Assembly (NCBI GenBank): GCA_964619725.1
Contig: CAZUFC010000163.1
Location: 1 to 16,597, forward strand
Reading direction: 5' to 3'
Length of the DNA: 16,597 bases
Source: an uncultured bacterium
Lineage (GTDB): Bacteria > CSSED10-310 > CAZUFC01
How positions within the stretch are numbered: the stretch's first letter is position 1; the number at the start of each line of letters is the position of its first letter. Shown in pieces: positions 16,226-16,597 of the stretch. A program made the translations under genes and the position numbers. Below the pieces are notes generated by a model. That model worked only from the letters and a program-made list of their open reading frames with translations. It was not told the DNA's origin and ran no database searches.

Positions 16226-16301
16226 CTCGTTTATGGATTAAAAACCGCAGCGCCTGTCCAGCATTAAATTTTGAATTGAAATTCGAGTTTGCGGACAGGC
16301 G
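16226..16301 (-). repeat. Copy B of the 76-bp dispersed palindromic element
   Basis: The reverse complement matches 2658-2733. It contains a perfect 9-bp inverted repeat, CGCCTGTCC (16251-16259) with GGACAGGCG (16293-16301). Confidence 0.8.
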
Positions 16302-16332
16302 TCAATTCTTCCGGATATCCCATAATTTTGTT

Positions 16333-16362
16333 TCGATTTCGATTTCGATCCTGATACCGACC
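16333..16362 (-). repeat. Second hexamer array (5 units)
   Basis: The minus strand reads GGTCGG TATCAG GATCGA AATCGA AATCGA and then AACAAA, the same ending as the array at 2995-3060. Confidence 0.8.
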
Positions 16363-16429
16363 CAGATTAATCAAACAAATTGTCACAAGTCTTGAAAAAA
16401 GTGTAACCCCGGTTTGATCATTCCCAGAT

Positions 16430-16545
16430 AACCCAACAAAATCCCCCAACCCAATAAAAACCCAACCATACCCCCAACCAACCAAAAAAAACCCACTCTG
16501 ACCCAAAAACAAGCCCAAAAAAAACCCATCTGACCCAAAAACAAG
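16430..16545 (+). repeat. C/A-rich low-complexity tract with a near-tandem 31-32 bp direct repeat
   Basis: CCAAAAAAAACCCA(C)TCTGACCCAAAAACAAG occurs at 16482-16513 and again at 16515-16545. Confidence 0.8.
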
Positions 16546-16597
16546 AACTTCGCGCCGGCCGCAATCGCGATCCGCCCGAGCCCTCCCTTCTGTTCAC

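Noticed and set aside
16430-16545. CRISPR array
   Set aside because: There are only two adjacent low-complexity copies, no spacers and no cas genes.

Overview
Bacterial accessory or defence-island-like region. From left to right: a decayed DUF4338 (DruA-like) pseudogene, a REP-like structured spacer, an intact Rpn/YhgA-family nuclease gene with a probable internal small-protein start, an orphan radical SAM enzyme with a SPASM/twitch domain, and an IS21 istA remnant that is missing from the ORF track. The centre (5382-12932, minus strand) is a tightly coupled five-gene envelope operon: a TPR lipoprotein, a 4-TM MotA/ExbB/ZorA-like channel subunit with a ~270-aa coiled-coil tail, a single-TM partner that lacks both the canonical channel Asp and any visible OmpA domain, an ~800-aa exported and C-terminally anchored protein with an internal ~250-aa duplication, and an exported alpha/beta-hydrolase-like protein cut off by the IS21 remnant. 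This operon is the best candidate for an undescribed system. To its right are a probable collapsed restriction-modification locus and a ClpA/B-like AAA+ gene with a dead first module and a non-canonical Walker B. A diverged 76-bp palindromic element and a short NNTCGN hexamer array each occur twice, in inverted orientation, near 2.7-3.0 kb and 16.2-16.4 kb. All family assignments come from motif recognition by eye; no database searches were run.
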